The position numbers were made by a program, and so were the translations under genes. The notes under the pieces were generated by a model that saw only the letters and a program-made list of their open reading frames with translations, was not told where the DNA came from and did not search any database. Of a stretch of DNA of 64,000 bases, positions 49,187-58,957 are shown piece by piece (positions within the stretch are counted from its first letter, which is position 1; each line of letters begins with the position of its first letter). This DNA is from an uncultured Thermoplasmata archaeon. GTDB taxonomy: Archaea; Thermoplasmatota; Thermoplasmata; RBG-16-68-12. The stretch spans positions 1,024,001 to 1,088,000 of the forward strand of contig CAVYJM010000006.1 in NCBI GenBank assembly GCA_963768855.1, in the 5' to 3' direction.

Positions 49187-50014
49187 CTACGGCTTGGGCG
49201 GGGGCGGGCCTTCCGCGCTCGGCGGGGAATACGGGTACATCGGCCGGTACAACAACGGATAGAGCTGTTCGATCCTCGGCAGGACGGGCGCGGGCGTCCC
49301 GGCTTCGAGGGACCGCCGCGTCTCCCGGTAGGCGAGCCAGAAGAGGAGGAGCGAGATCGCCGAGATGCCCTGGCCCGCGATCGCCGACGCGAGGATTCCG
49401 GAGGCCAGGAGGTCGACTGTGATCGTGCTCCCCGCGGTGGCCAGCAGGATCAGCAACGGGCCGACGACCGCTCCCACCACGCCCAGGCCGAGCGCGAACC
49501 GCAACCGGGAACGGACCGGCTCGCCGGAAATAGACCCGATCGTCTGCAGGAGCGTCAGGCCGGCGAAGAGGGCTCCCAGCGGCGCCAGGATGAAGTCGCC
49601 CGTGAGGTCCGTGAGGATCGCCTGCCCGGTCAGCCCTGGGGTGAACACGCTCGATGCGGAGAAGCCAGCGCCCACGGCGCTCAAGACAATGAAGACGATG
49701 AGGAGAACAAGGGCGCGTTCGAGGGAGCGGGACTGTTCGAGCCCGTACTCGTGCCTCCCGGCATGCGCCTGAAAGAATCCGATCAGGAATACGATGGCCA
49801 CCCCCAGCTCCGCGATCTCGATGCCGCACAGCGCGGCCAGGGCGCCCAGGAAGGGGCCGAGGAGGTCCGCTGGGTTCGTCAGGAGCGCGCCGAACGCGAG
49901 GCCGAATGCGGCCTGGGTGACGCCTTGGGCGATGACCACGACGACCTGAACAAGGAGGGCCCACCCCATGAGCCCAATCCCCTTGATCGTGCGTCCCTCG
50001 TAGACGTAGTACAC
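49187..50014 (-). CDS. hypothetical multi-TM membrane protein
   Basis: About 6 hydrophobic helices, Pro/Tyr-rich tail; GGAGG SD before GTG. Confidence 0.75.
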   Translation of the reverse strand: MYYVYEGRTIKGIGLMGWALLVQVVVVIAQGVTQAAFGLAFGALLTNPADLLGPFLGALAALCGIEIAELGVAIVFLIGFFQAHAGRHEYGLEQSRSLERALVLLIVFIVLSAVGAGFSASSVFTPGLTGQAILTDLTGDFILAPLGALFAGLTLLQTIGSISGEPVRSRLRFALGLGVVGAVVGPLLILLATAGSTITVDLLASGILASAIAGQGISAISLLLFWLAYRETRRSLEAGTPAPVLPRIEQLYPLLYRPMYPYSPPSAEGPPPPKP

Positions 50015-50081
50015 GACCGGCTCCCTCCCGGAGAGGCACGGGGTCTGTATTAATAGCGTGCTGCCGGGCGGGGCGCACGGG

Positions 50082-50273
50082 TCAGCGCGACTTCGTCTCG
50101 GGCTCCCGGATGATCCGCGACGTGAAGTCGATCATGACGATGATGATGACCGTGAAGGCCATGAACGCGAGGGTGATCCACCGGAACCCGAAGATCATCC
50201 CCGCAGCCACGAACAGGCCCAGGAACAGCAGGATGTACACCACGTAGAGCAGGGTTGGGACGTCGATGCGCAT
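50082..50273 (-). CDS. 63-aa membrane protein
   Basis: Two hydrophobic helices, host-like codons. Confidence 0.7.
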   Translation of the reverse strand: MRIDVPTLLYVVYILLFLGLFVAAGMIFGFRWITLAFMAFTVIIIVMIDFTSRIIREPETKSR

Positions 50274-50409
50274 GGGACCCCTCTCGGCCTTCCTCGCCGC
50301 GACGCAGTCCTCGCTTGGGTATAGCCTTTACGCACGCCGCGGGCCTCATGGGTTCCGCCTCCTCCGCCGTCGTCAACCCTTAAGTAACGTCCGGCCGTTG
50401 CCGCGACGA

Positions 50410-50515
50410 GGGCCCGTAGCTTAGTCCGGTGGAGCGTCTGGCTCATAACCAGATGGTCGCTGGTTCAAAGGGCTCCGCGCGCTCGGCACGGAGCCGGGAA
50501 ATCCGGCCGGGCCCA
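50410..50515 (+). tRNA. tRNA with CAT anticodon, probably tRNA-Ile2, with a 32-nt intron at 59/60
   Basis: GGGCCCG/CGGGCCC acceptor, TCTGG-CT-CAT-AA-CCAGA arm; removing 50470..50501 restores TTCAAAT and a 74-nt tRNA; G1-C72 and no GGG/CCC run exclude initiator; 5' end resembles recalled archaeal Ile2 tRNAs. Confidence 0.85.
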
Positions 50516-50521
50516 CTTCTT

Positions 50522-52615
50522 TCACTCGTATTCGGGGAGCTGCGGCGCCACGTGGTTGTGGTTGTTCGAGCCGAGGAGGGAGTCCCGGATCAGGTCCCGC
50601 GCGCCGACGACCTCCTCCATGTCGCCGTCCCACTTCGCGAGGACGGCTCCGAACTCCTTCTCAATCAGTTCGATGACGGTGCGGACCTTCTTCCGGATCG
50701 AGGGCGACTCCGCGCCCGAATAGACCACGGCCAGGTAGACGTACTTCCCGCGCTCGATCAGGATCCGGTAGTCCCCGAAGTCCAGCTGGTGCAGCTCGCG
50801 GTGCTCCCCGTACTGGAACGCCTCGCGGACGAACTCCTGCACCGCGGTCAGCATGCCGCTCAGGACATCCTCGTCCTTCTCCCGCAGGAGCGTCCGCGAG
50901 AGGTGAGAGATGAGGACACCATCCCGGTACACGAGGAAGACCTCCTCGATCTCGACGTGCTCGCGGCGCACGAGGAGGACGATGACCACGGCCCCGAAGA
51001 CCGCCGCGACGCCGAGGATCCATAGCAGTGGAGTGATGTCTTCCCCAATGCGGACGGTCACCGGCAGAGATCGGATCGACGCAAGGACGAGGCCCACGCT
51101 GTTTGTATACGAGGCCTCAATGCTGTTCGGGATGTCCGTACCCGCCGCCAGTCCCTCCCCGGCCCGGACCGTGATGAAGATCGTCTCCGTCTGTCCGGGC
51201 GCGAGATCCGTGAAGTTCCAGGTCAGGTTCTGCTGTCCCTGCCCCGGCACGCTCGACGTGAACGAGACGACCGCGAGGCGCGTGTCCAGATCGTCCTCAA
51301 TCCAAACGCTGTGTGCGATCGTCATTCCCGCGTTCGCGACCCGGAGCGTATAGTTGAACGTCCCTCCGCTGGCAAGCGTCGCATCACTCGCGAACACGCT
51401 CAGGACGAGCGTCGGGGCCAAGACGGTCGTATGAACGGTCGCGTTCACAGCAGGCCGAGACAGCAGGGTCGCGTCGAGGAAGTCAAGATGGAATCCGAGG
51501 TCCGCGGCGGTTCCGTTCGGCGTCGCGGGGCGTGCGCGGAGGTCCAGGGTGAATAGGTTCTGGGTGAAGGGCTGGAGGATCCTGCTGCCGCTGGCCCAGT
51601 GCCAGGAGATCCCGGTTCCTGCGACGTAGGGCAGGACGCCAGAGTTGTCGCCCAGGTAGTCCAGCCCTCCGGGGAGGGTGACGTTGAGCCAAGCCTGCGC
51701 GGCCGCCACGCTACCCTGGTTGTACGTTGAGACGATGAGGAAGAAGGTCGTCCCCGCCTCGACGGCGGTCTGAGTTGGCGTGACGCCGAGCGTGAAATCT
51801 GGGGAAGCGACCGGGATAGAGGCCGCCGAAAGGACGAGGGCCGGGAGCCGGTTCCCGTATGCGTCCTGGGCCTCGAGGCTCCCATGCACTTGGAGCGGGG
51901 CCCGGTCGAGCGCGCTCGGACTGACCGTGAAGTTGAGGAACAAGGTCGTTAGGCCGAGACCTACGCCGGTGAACTTGAAGGAAGGGGCCGAGGCTGGCCC
52001 GGAGAACGGCAGGCTCGAATTGGACACTGTGAGCAGGGGATCGAGGGTCAGGTTGGCCCAAACGTACGGTGCGGCTTCGTTGCCCGTGTTCCAGAATCGC
52101 ACCGCGGCCGGCACGGCGCGGCCTGGGCTGGCCTGGCCCGCCAGGAAGGCGACCAAGCCCTGCTCGAACCACGGTGACAGCGCGAGGGACGAGACGTTCG
52201 TCGAGTCGACGGGCATCTGGTACCCGTTGCTGCTCGTATAATTCACGTCAATTGAGTCCACGTACGACCCGTTTCGGGTCAGCGTGGCTCCCGCCTTCGC
52301 GCGAATCTGGAATGAGAGTCCCGTGCCTGCCGGGACCGGCGCAAACTGGTAGAGCAGTCTCGATCCGAGCTGGGTCAGAGTGCCCCCTACCATGGAGGCG
52401 GTGTCGGAAAGGTAGGCAAAGCCCGTAGGGAGCGTGTCGTTGATCCAGACGGAGCCGGAGTCGTCGCCGCAGTTGTTGAGCGTCACGGTGTAGACCACGG
52501 TCTCGTTCGCGTGGATCGTCCGGACGGGGAGGCTCGTGAGGGAGACCGTGAGGACGGGTCCGTTGAGGTATACGGACGCGTTCGAGACAAGGGGTCCTCG
52601 AGTGACCGCTCTCAT
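50522..52615 (-). CDS. C-terminal part of a large surface protein: DUF11-like repeats, TM, cytoplasmic roadblock/longin-like domain
   Basis: Repeated YTxxxxNxG..A..VWI.D.LP units, TM helix, EEVFLVYRDG..SGMLTAVQEFV; continues the upstream ORF after a frameshift. Confidence 0.8.
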   Translation of the reverse strand: MRAVTRGPLVSNASVYLNGPVLTVSLTSLPVRTIHANETVVYTVTLNNCGDDSGSVWINDTLPTGFAYLSDTASMVGGTLTQLGSRLLYQFAPVPAGTGLSFQIRAKAGATLTRNGSYVDSIDVNYTSSNGYQMPVDSTNVSSLALSPWFEQGLVAFLAGQASPGRAVPAAVRFWNTGNEAAPYVWANLTLDPLLTVSNSSLPFSGPASAPSFKFTGVGLGLTTLFLNFTVSPSALDRAPLQVHGSLEAQDAYGNRLPALVLSAASIPVASPDFTLGVTPTQTAVEAGTTFFLIVSTYNQGSVAAAQAWLNVTLPGGLDYLGDNSGVLPYVAGTGISWHWASGSRILQPFTQNLFTLDLRARPATPNGTAADLGFHLDFLDATLLSRPAVNATVHTTVLAPTLVLSVFASDATLASGGTFNYTLRVANAGMTIAHSVWIEDDLDTRLAVVSFTSSVPGQGQQNLTWNFTDLAPGQTETIFITVRAGEGLAAGTDIPNSIEASYTNSVGLVLASIRSLPVTVRIGEDITPLLWILGVAAVFGAVVIVLLVRREHVEIEEVFLVYRDGVLISHLSRTLLREKDEDVLSGMLTAVQEFVREAFQYGEHRELHQLDFGDYRILIERGKYVYLAVVYSGAESPSIRKKVRTVIELIEKEFGAVLAKWDGDMEEVVGARDLIRDSLLGSNNHNHVAPQLPEYE

Positions 52616-54707
52616 CTGTGAAGGTGAGCGTGGCAGTATCTTGGATCCAGGCCGGCGTCGTGCTGGACCCGGGCACGTTCACGTCGATCTCGAGGACATG
52701 GTTCCCGACGGAGATGTCGGTCAAGGTCCAGTTGTACTGGTTTCCGGATGACGAGGTGTACGCGACACTGCTTGCGATGTAGGTCACCTCGGAGGGCAGG
52801 CTCTCGTTGATCCACACTGTGCCAGCGGAGCCCGTGCCGGAGTTGTTGTAGTAAAGGTAGTAGGCGAACGACATGCCTGCGTGGGCGCGGCCGACGGAAC
52901 TCAGGTCGGAGAAGGAGAAGATCGGGACCGCGACATGGGCGCGGGCCTCCGCGAGGTCTACAACTCCGTTGTCCTCCATCGCCTCCACCTCGATCCGGTA
53001 TTCCCCGGTGACCAGGGGCGGCGAGAGCGTGTAGTTGAGGAGGATCCACGACGGGAGACTCGAGGGGTCTGCGGCGACCGGGCTCATCGGCCCCGCGGCC
53101 GCCACACCTCCCGACGGCGAGGTGATGTTGATCCAGACCCCGGTGATCTTCGAGCGGCCGAACGGGTCAGAGACGTTCGCGAAGACGACGATCGAATCGA
53201 GGGGAGACCACACCGTCGCGTTGGAATACGGGTTCGTGAGTTCGATCTCATCGATCGACACGTACGTCGTTGTCGTGACGTCGAGCCGAGAGGGGAGCGC
53301 CGTGCTGTTGTAGTCGAGCAGGAGGTTGTCCGTGCTGCCACCGCCACCGCCGAAGCTCCAGACGGAAAGACCGACTCGGTGGCCGCTGGCGAAGCTGTAG
53401 TTCAGAGTCCCGAAGGCGAAAGTCACCTGGTGGAACCCCGACGAGGTGAGGGTGAAGCTCGGTAGGATCGAGGCGACCGCCGAGCTGCCGTCGAGAAGGC
53501 TGACGTTAAGCCGGTAGCTCTGAGGGGGCGCTTTCTGCGTGGAGACCCAGAGGCTCGCCGAGACATCGACGGCCTGGAACGGGCGCGCCAGGCCCGGTTG
53601 CAGGATGAACTGCACAGGCTGTGCGGCTCCCGGATTCAGGGTGGAGCTCGCGGCGGTCGCGCCCGTCGGTGTGGTTGTCGTCAGGAGCTTCGTTGCCACG
53701 GACGTGCCGCCCAGGTACAGTTGCTTCGTCACGAGCCCCACGAGGAGGGAGGCCGCGGCTTGGCGGCCCCGGAACATGGCGCCAGTCTCGTTTTCGAAGT
53801 CGAGGGCGGCCCGCGTCGTCGCAACGGTACCCGGCGGCGTGCCGACCGCGACCTGGCCTGTCATGGTGAAGGAGTGCGGGCCGTTGGGGACGTTGAGGAA
53901 CGTGAGGTTCGGGAATGCGACGGCGGACACCGGCTGGAGGCCAGGGAAGCTCGGGGATGCATTCGTGATTGCCGACGACATTGTCGTGTTGATCCAGACC
54001 TGTCGCGCGGTCTGCGTCCCCGTGTTGTTGAAGTTGACGGTGACGATCACGGAGTCTCCAGGGAGGGCCCGCGCCGCGCCCACGGTCATGGCAGGGCTGA
54101 CGTTCGCGCTCCACTCCCGCCCGTAGGTCACGAAGTAGAGATCGTACGGCAGGCCCGTCCAGATGCCAGAACTCGGATCGAGGACGGCGGCCGATCCGCT
54201 CGGAAACGTGTCGGCGTTGCTGTTATGCCACTCGTAGCCGTTCGTCGGCGGTCCCTGAGGCGCGGTGTTCTGGGCGACGATCCAATAGACCGTACCAGCC
54301 CGGAGCACGGGCGAGGGGCTGAAAGGGAAACTCCAGTTGTCCGGCACCGCCTGGTTGTTGGGGGAGACCTGGGAGGTCGAGGCGAGCTGGCTCGTCATCA
54401 CGGGGAAATGCCGCGTCGGGTCGTCGGCGCGAACGGAGACGACGAGGGCGTTCATGTTGCCACCGTCGTTTCGCACCCGCAGCGTGACGTTGGAGAGGAC
54501 ATAATCCTGCGAGACGAGGACGGACTGGGCGACCGTTGCGCCGCTGTACACGTCGTAGTATGGGTCCCCCGGACCCACGACCGGGTTCGCCTGGAACACA
54601 TGTTGCCCGAACGCGCTCGCCGAACCTGCGAGGAGTGGAGCGCCCGAGCCGACCGCCACGAGGCACACCACGGCCACGAGGGTCAGGGCTGGCAGGCGAC
54701 GGCTCAC
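52248..54707 (-). CDS. N-terminal part of the same surface protein (signal peptide, beta-sandwich and DUF11-like repeats)
   Basis: Signal peptide, Ser/Thr/Asn-rich domains; frame breaks at about 52591; last ~115 codons are off-frame. Confidence 0.8.
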   Translation of the reverse strand: MSRRLPALTLVAVVCLVAVGSGAPLLAGSASAFGQHVFQANPVVGPGDPYYDVYSGATVAQSVLVSQDYVLSNVTLRVRNDGGNMNALVVSVRADDPTRHFPVMTSQLASTSQVSPNNQAVPDNWSFPFSPSPVLRAGTVYWIVAQNTAPQGPPTNGYEWHNSNADTFPSGSAAVLDPSSGIWTGLPYDLYFVTYGREWSANVSPAMTVGAARALPGDSVIVTVNFNNTGTQTARQVWINTTMSSAITNASPSFPGLQPVSAVAFPNLTFLNVPNGPHSFTMTGQVAVGTPPGTVATTRAALDFENETGAMFRGRQAAASLLVGLVTKQLYLGGTSVATKLLTTTTPTGATAASSTLNPGAAQPVQFILQPGLARPFQAVDVSASLWVSTQKAPPQSYRLNVSLLDGSSAVASILPSFTLTSSGFHQVTFAFGTLNYSFASGHRVGLSVWSFGGGGGSTDNLLLDYNSTALPSRLDVTTTTYVSIDEIELTNPYSNATVWSPLDSIVVFANVSDPFGRSKITGVWINITSPSGGVAAAGPMSPVAADPSSLPSWILLNYTLSPPLVTGEYRIEVEAMEDNGVVDLAEARAHVAVPIFSFSDLSSVGRAHAGMSFAYYLYYNNSGTGSAGTVWINESLPSEVTYIASSVAYTSSSGNQYNWTLTDISVGNHVLEIDVNVPGSSTTPAWIQDTATLTFTDESGHSRTPCLERVRIPQRTRPHGLPHEPPRPDDPRERDRGLHRDAQQLRRRLRLRLDQRHAPYGLCLPFRHRLHGRGHSDPARIETALPVCAGPGRHGTLIPDSREGGSHADPKRVVRGLN

Positions 54708-54762
54708 TCTACGACCTCTGACACGGGGTAGCGCGGGGGCTTATTGACCCCCACCGAGGCGG

Positions 54763-54819
54763 TTATCCCCCCTGATAATTTTTTACCGAAACGGTTGACA
54801 GAATTATCCGCGGTGATAA
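54763..54819. promoter_or_regulatory. two TTATC-N6-GATAA palindromes between divergent genes
   Basis: Copies at 54763..54778 and 54804..54819, 41 bp apart. Confidence 0.5.
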
Positions 54820-54867
54820 CTTTTCACGACGCGCACCTTTTTGGCCCGCGACCCCTTGCGAGCGTGG

Positions 54868-57612
54868 ATGGACTCCCTGGGATTGGATCCGCGGATCCTC
54901 GACGTCGTGAAGGAGATGGGCATCGAGTCCTTCACGGAACCCCAGGTCCAGGCGATTCCCCGCATCCTGGTCGGCTCCAACGTCCTCCTCGTCGCACCAA
55001 CCGGGATTGGCAAGACAGAGGCGGCCTTCCTCCCCGTGCTCCACCGCATCCTGACGGAGAAGCCGGAGCCGGTCAGCTGCCTCTACATCACCCCGTTGCG
55101 GGCGCTCAACCGGGACATGCTCCGGCGGATGACCTTCTTCGCGGAGCGCCTCCACGTCACGGTCGCGGTGCGGCACGGGGACACGAGTGCGCAGGAGCGT
55201 GCGCGGATCACGCGACACCCACCCGACGTGCTCATCACGACTCCGGAGACCTTCCAGATCCTGTTCACGGGCCGGAAGCTGCGCGAACACTTGCGCACCG
55301 TGAAGTGGGTCGTGATCGACGAGATCCACGAGCTCGCCTCGGATGAGCGGGGCGCCCAGCTCGCGGTCGGGCTCGAGCGCCTGCGCGATCTGGCGGGGCA
55401 CGAGGTCCAGCGCATCGGACTGTCGGCAACCGTCGGGACGCCCGAGGAGGTCGCCCACTACCTCGGTGGCGTGGGGCGGCCCGTCGAGGTGCTGCGGATC
55501 CGGATCCCGAAGGGGATTCATATCGCGGTCGAGGTCGCTCCCCCGCAGACGGGGGACCATGAGATCGGGGACCGGTTGCGCGTGCAGCTCGGCCAGGCGA
55601 CCGCCCTGCGCCGCTGCTACGAGCTCCTGAAAGCCCACCAGTCCACGCTCTTCTTCGTGAACACCCGGGACACGGCCGAGTTCCTCTCCTCGCGCCTCGC
55701 AGCCTGGTACCAGGACCCGACCATCGGGGTGCACCACGGCAGCCTGTCGAAGGACATCCGGATCCAGATGGAGGACGACTTCAAGGCGGGCCACCTCCGC
55801 GCCCTGGTGTGCACATCGTCGCTCGAGCTGGGCATCGACGTCGGAAGCGCGGACTTCGTGCTTCAGTACAACAGTCCACGGGAGGTCGCGCGCCTCGTGC
55901 AGCGCATCGGTCGCTCGGGCCATGGCGTCGGCGAGGTGGCCGACGGTGTGATCCTGGCGACCCACGAGGACGATTTCGCGGAGGCCGCGGTGATCGCGCG
56001 GCGCGCCCTCTCCGAGGAGATCGAGCCGCTGACGGTCCGCCTGAACAACCGCTCCGTGCTCGCCAACCAGATCGTGGCCACGGCCGTCTCAGAGCGGTTC
56101 GCCTCCGCGGAGACCGTCTATGCGGCCGCGCGCCGGAGCTGGCCGTATCGGGAACTCCTCCGGAAGGACTTCGACGAGCTTCTGGAGCAGCTGGCGAGCC
56201 TCAAGGTGATCTGGTCCCGCGAAGGTCGTTTCGGCCGCAGCTCGAACTCCCTCGCCTACTTCTACGAGAACATCTCGATGATCCCCGACGTCAAGACGTA
56301 CCGGGTCGTCGACCTCGGTTCGAGGCGGGTCATCGGCACGCTGGACGAGTGGTTTGTCGCGGAAAACGCGAAGCTCGGGCAGAGCTTCATCATGCGCGGC
56401 ACGGCCTGGCGGTTCGTAGACTTCAAGGACGATCACATTCTCGTCGAACCGGTCAAGGAGATCGGCGATGTGCCCTCCTGGGTGGGTGAGGACATCCCGG
56501 TGCCGTTCGACGTGGCGGAGGAGGTCGGCCGTTTACGCCGAGAGCGGGACCTGTCCCGCTACCCGGTGAACGAGTTCGGCGTCGGGAAGCTCGAGGAGTA
56601 CCTGCGCTCCGCCGGCGAGGCGCCCGTGGCGACGGACCGCCGGATCACGATCGAGAACTCCCGCGAGCTCATCGTTGTCAACGCGTGCTTCGGATCCAAG
56701 GTCAACGAGACCCTGGGCCAGCTCATCTCCTCCCTGATTTCCGCGAGGTTCGGCCAGAGCGTCGGCGTCCAGACGGATCCATACCGGATCGTGCTCGACG
56801 TGCCTCGGAGCGTGAGCCCGAAGATGATCGAGGAGATCCTCCGCCCCACGGACCCCGATGCCCTCGAGCCGTTGCTCCGGGTGATCCTGAAGAACTCCGC
56901 GTTCCTGCGCTGGTCGTTCGTCTATGTCGCGAAGAAGTTCGGCGCGCTGCGGCGGGACGTGGAGTGGGAAGCCGTCTCGATCCCTCGCCTCCTGAGGACG
57001 TTCGAGAACACGCCGCTCTTCGAGGAGGTCTTGGACAAGGTCTTCTGGGAGCGGATGGACATCCCGAGGACGATCGAGGTCCTCCACCGCATCCGGCGTG
57101 GCGAGATCGAGATCGTCGCGACGCACCTCACTCCGATCGGGCGGGCCGGCCTCGAGGGGGGTCGGCTCCTCGTCTCGCCCGCGAAAGCGGACCACGCGAC
57201 CCTCATGGCCGTCAAGGCGCGCCTGGAGAAGGAGACCGCGACCTTCCTGTGCCTGAACTGCAAGATGAGCTGGCGCGCGGGAGTCAGCGACCTTCCCGCG
57301 AAGATCCTGTGCGCGAACTGCGGCGGGGCGATGGTCGCGGTGATCGCGCCGTACGAGAAGGACCGGCTCGCGCACTTGGACCTGCAAGGCTCGGACAAGG
57401 AGAGCCGCGCCTTTGCGAAACGTCTCTTCACGAACGCGAGCCTCGTGATGGCCCACGGCCGCAAGGCAGTCCTTGCCCTCATGGCCCGCGGGGTCGGCGA
57501 GGACACCGCCGCCCGCATCCTCCGGGGGTACCACGAGACCGAGGAGGACTTCCTCCGCGACCTCCTCGCGGCCGAGATCAACTACGCCCGGACGAAACGC
57601 TTCTGGGATTGA
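54868..57612 (+). CDS. lhr: Lhr-family SF2 helicase with C-terminal Cys-rich domain
   Basis: APTGIGKT, YITPLRALNRD, TTPE, DEIH, LSAT, HHGSLS, TSSLELGID, QRIGRSGH; CLNC..CANC. Confidence 0.93.
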   Translation: MDSLGLDPRILDVVKEMGIESFTEPQVQAIPRILVGSNVLLVAPTGIGKTEAAFLPVLHRILTEKPEPVSCLYITPLRALNRDMLRRMTFFAERLHVTVAVRHGDTSAQERARITRHPPDVLITTPETFQILFTGRKLREHLRTVKWVVIDEIHELASDERGAQLAVGLERLRDLAGHEVQRIGLSATVGTPEEVAHYLGGVGRPVEVLRIRIPKGIHIAVEVAPPQTGDHEIGDRLRVQLGQATALRRCYELLKAHQSTLFFVNTRDTAEFLSSRLAAWYQDPTIGVHHGSLSKDIRIQMEDDFKAGHLRALVCTSSLELGIDVGSADFVLQYNSPREVARLVQRIGRSGHGVGEVADGVILATHEDDFAEAAVIARRALSEEIEPLTVRLNNRSVLANQIVATAVSERFASAETVYAAARRSWPYRELLRKDFDELLEQLASLKVIWSREGRFGRSSNSLAYFYENISMIPDVKTYRVVDLGSRRVIGTLDEWFVAENAKLGQSFIMRGTAWRFVDFKDDHILVEPVKEIGDVPSWVGEDIPVPFDVAEEVGRLRRERDLSRYPVNEFGVGKLEEYLRSAGEAPVATDRRITIENSRELIVVNACFGSKVNETLGQLISSLISARFGQSVGVQTDPYRIVLDVPRSVSPKMIEEILRPTDPDALEPLLRVILKNSAFLRWSFVYVAKKFGALRRDVEWEAVSIPRLLRTFENTPLFEEVLDKVFWERMDIPRTIEVLHRIRRGEIEIVATHLTPIGRAGLEGGRLLVSPAKADHATLMAVKARLEKETATFLCLNCKMSWRAGVSDLPAKILCANCGGAMVAVIAPYEKDRLAHLDLQGSDKESRAFAKRLFTNASLVMAHGRKAVLALMARGVGEDTAARILRGYHETEEDFLRDLLAAEINYARTKRFWD

Positions 57613-57923
57613 ACAGCTCCCTCGGGCGTCCAAAAGAAAGGAGAGCCCGAAAGGCTTGGGGACGGGAGGACCGCTCTGCCTCGCGGGCTCGCTGTGTGGG
57701 TAATCGTTTTTCATTCAGGAGAAAGGTCCGTGCCGGCCCCGCGCAGCGCCGCGGTGCCGCATGTGAGCCTCCCCCCAAGGAGCTGAAATGGAGCCCCCGA
57801 TTCCGGAAGCAGTGGTTCATCGAGATATGCGTATTTAATCATTCTCCGTTACGCGAGGCCGCGAGTCGCCGGACCTCTCGCCACGGAACGACGGGCGGGA
57901 TTACGTTTCCGGCTCGCCTGGAC

Positions 57924-58538
57924 TCATCCAACGCGACCGCGTGCCAAGACGTACATCTCCGCACTCGAAGGGGTCGACGCTTTCGGCTTGACGCCTTTCA
58001 CGGCCTCGAAGTGTGCCTCGGCGCGTCGTAGGAAGGCCCGGTAGCCGTCGCATTGGAACACCTTGACGAGCAAGTCGCCTCCGGGTCGCAGGGCGCGAAC
58101 CGCGAAGGAGAGCGCGGCATCGGCCAGTTCGAGCGCGCGGGCCTCGTCATAGGACTTGTTTCCGCTGAGATGAGGCGCCATGTCGCTCACGACGACGTCG
58201 GCGGGTCGGCGCAGGTGTTCGAACAACCTCGCTTGGACGGAGCCCTCCATGAAGTCCCCTCGCACGACCTCGACGCCTTCGATGGGTTTCATCGGTGCAA
58301 CGTCGATCGCCAGGACGCGTCCCTTGGCGCCGACCCGTTCCGCCGCGATCTGGGACCACCCGCCCGGCGCGGCCCCGAGGTCGACGACCGCGTCGCCGGG
58401 ATGGAACAGGCCGTAGTCGCGGTCGATCTGCGAAAGCTTGATCGCCGACCGGCTGCGGTACTCCTGGCGCTTTGCCGCGCGGTAGTACCGGTCATGCCGT
58501 CTCGACTTCACCCACGCCTTCGGCACGAGGTGGCCCAT
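57924..58538 (-). CDS. rlmE: 23S rRNA Um2552-type methyltransferase RlmE/FtsJ
   Basis: YRSRSAIKL, VDLGAAPGGW, SDMAP, KVF, KP.AS..SAEMY. Confidence 0.95.
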   Translation of the reverse strand: MGHLVPKAWVKSRRHDRYYRAAKRQEYRSRSAIKLSQIDRDYGLFHPGDAVVDLGAAPGGWSQIAAERVGAKGRVLAIDVAPMKPIEGVEVVRGDFMEGSVQARLFEHLRRPADVVVSDMAPHLSGNKSYDEARALELADAALSFAVRALRPGGDLLVKVFQCDGYRAFLRRAEAHFEAVKGVKPKASTPSSAEMYVLARGRVG

Positions 58539-58571
58539 GTGTGCGGAGGCGATGAAGGTTTGGGGGCACGG

Positions 58572-58835
58572 TCACGCGCGCACGAGGAGCCGCACGGGCG
58601 CCTCCGGGAGGCGTTCGATCTGGCCGGTGAGCTCGAGATCCCGCTGGACGACCTTCGCGTACCACCGGGCGCGGCTCTCGTCCGGGAAGAGCTCAGGCGG
58701 CACGAGTCGCGACACGCCTTGGAGAAGCTCGTTGAAGCTCACCGGCTTCTTCACGCGGCGGAGATAGGCCAGGATCGCGGCTTCCATCGCCTCGTACTCG
58801 GGTTGTTTCACGGAGAAGCCTGCGGGGGAGCGCAC
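58572..58835 (-). CDS. small hypothetical protein (winged-helix-like)
   Basis: AILAYL..SFNELL..ARWYAKVVQRDLE..G.IER; start uncertain. Confidence 0.65.
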   Translation of the reverse strand: MRSPAGFSVKQPEYEAMEAAILAYLRRVKKPVSFNELLQGVSRLVPPELFPDESRARWYAKVVQRDLELTGQIERLPEAPVRLLVRA

Positions 58836-58957
58836 GACGGAGCCCGCATCCCATCGGGGACTGGCGAATATGAAACCTTCCTAAAGACTGTTCGACGGCG
58901 GAGCTGCGTGGCCAACGGTCTAAATAGCCCCCGTCTGCTTTCCCGCGGTGTGGTGGC

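Noticed and set aside
57613-57923. GC-rich hairpins between lhr and rlmE as a possible ncRNA (RNase P or SRP)
   Set aside because: No conserved RNase P or SRP motifs could be matched by eye; an Infernal/Rfam search would be needed
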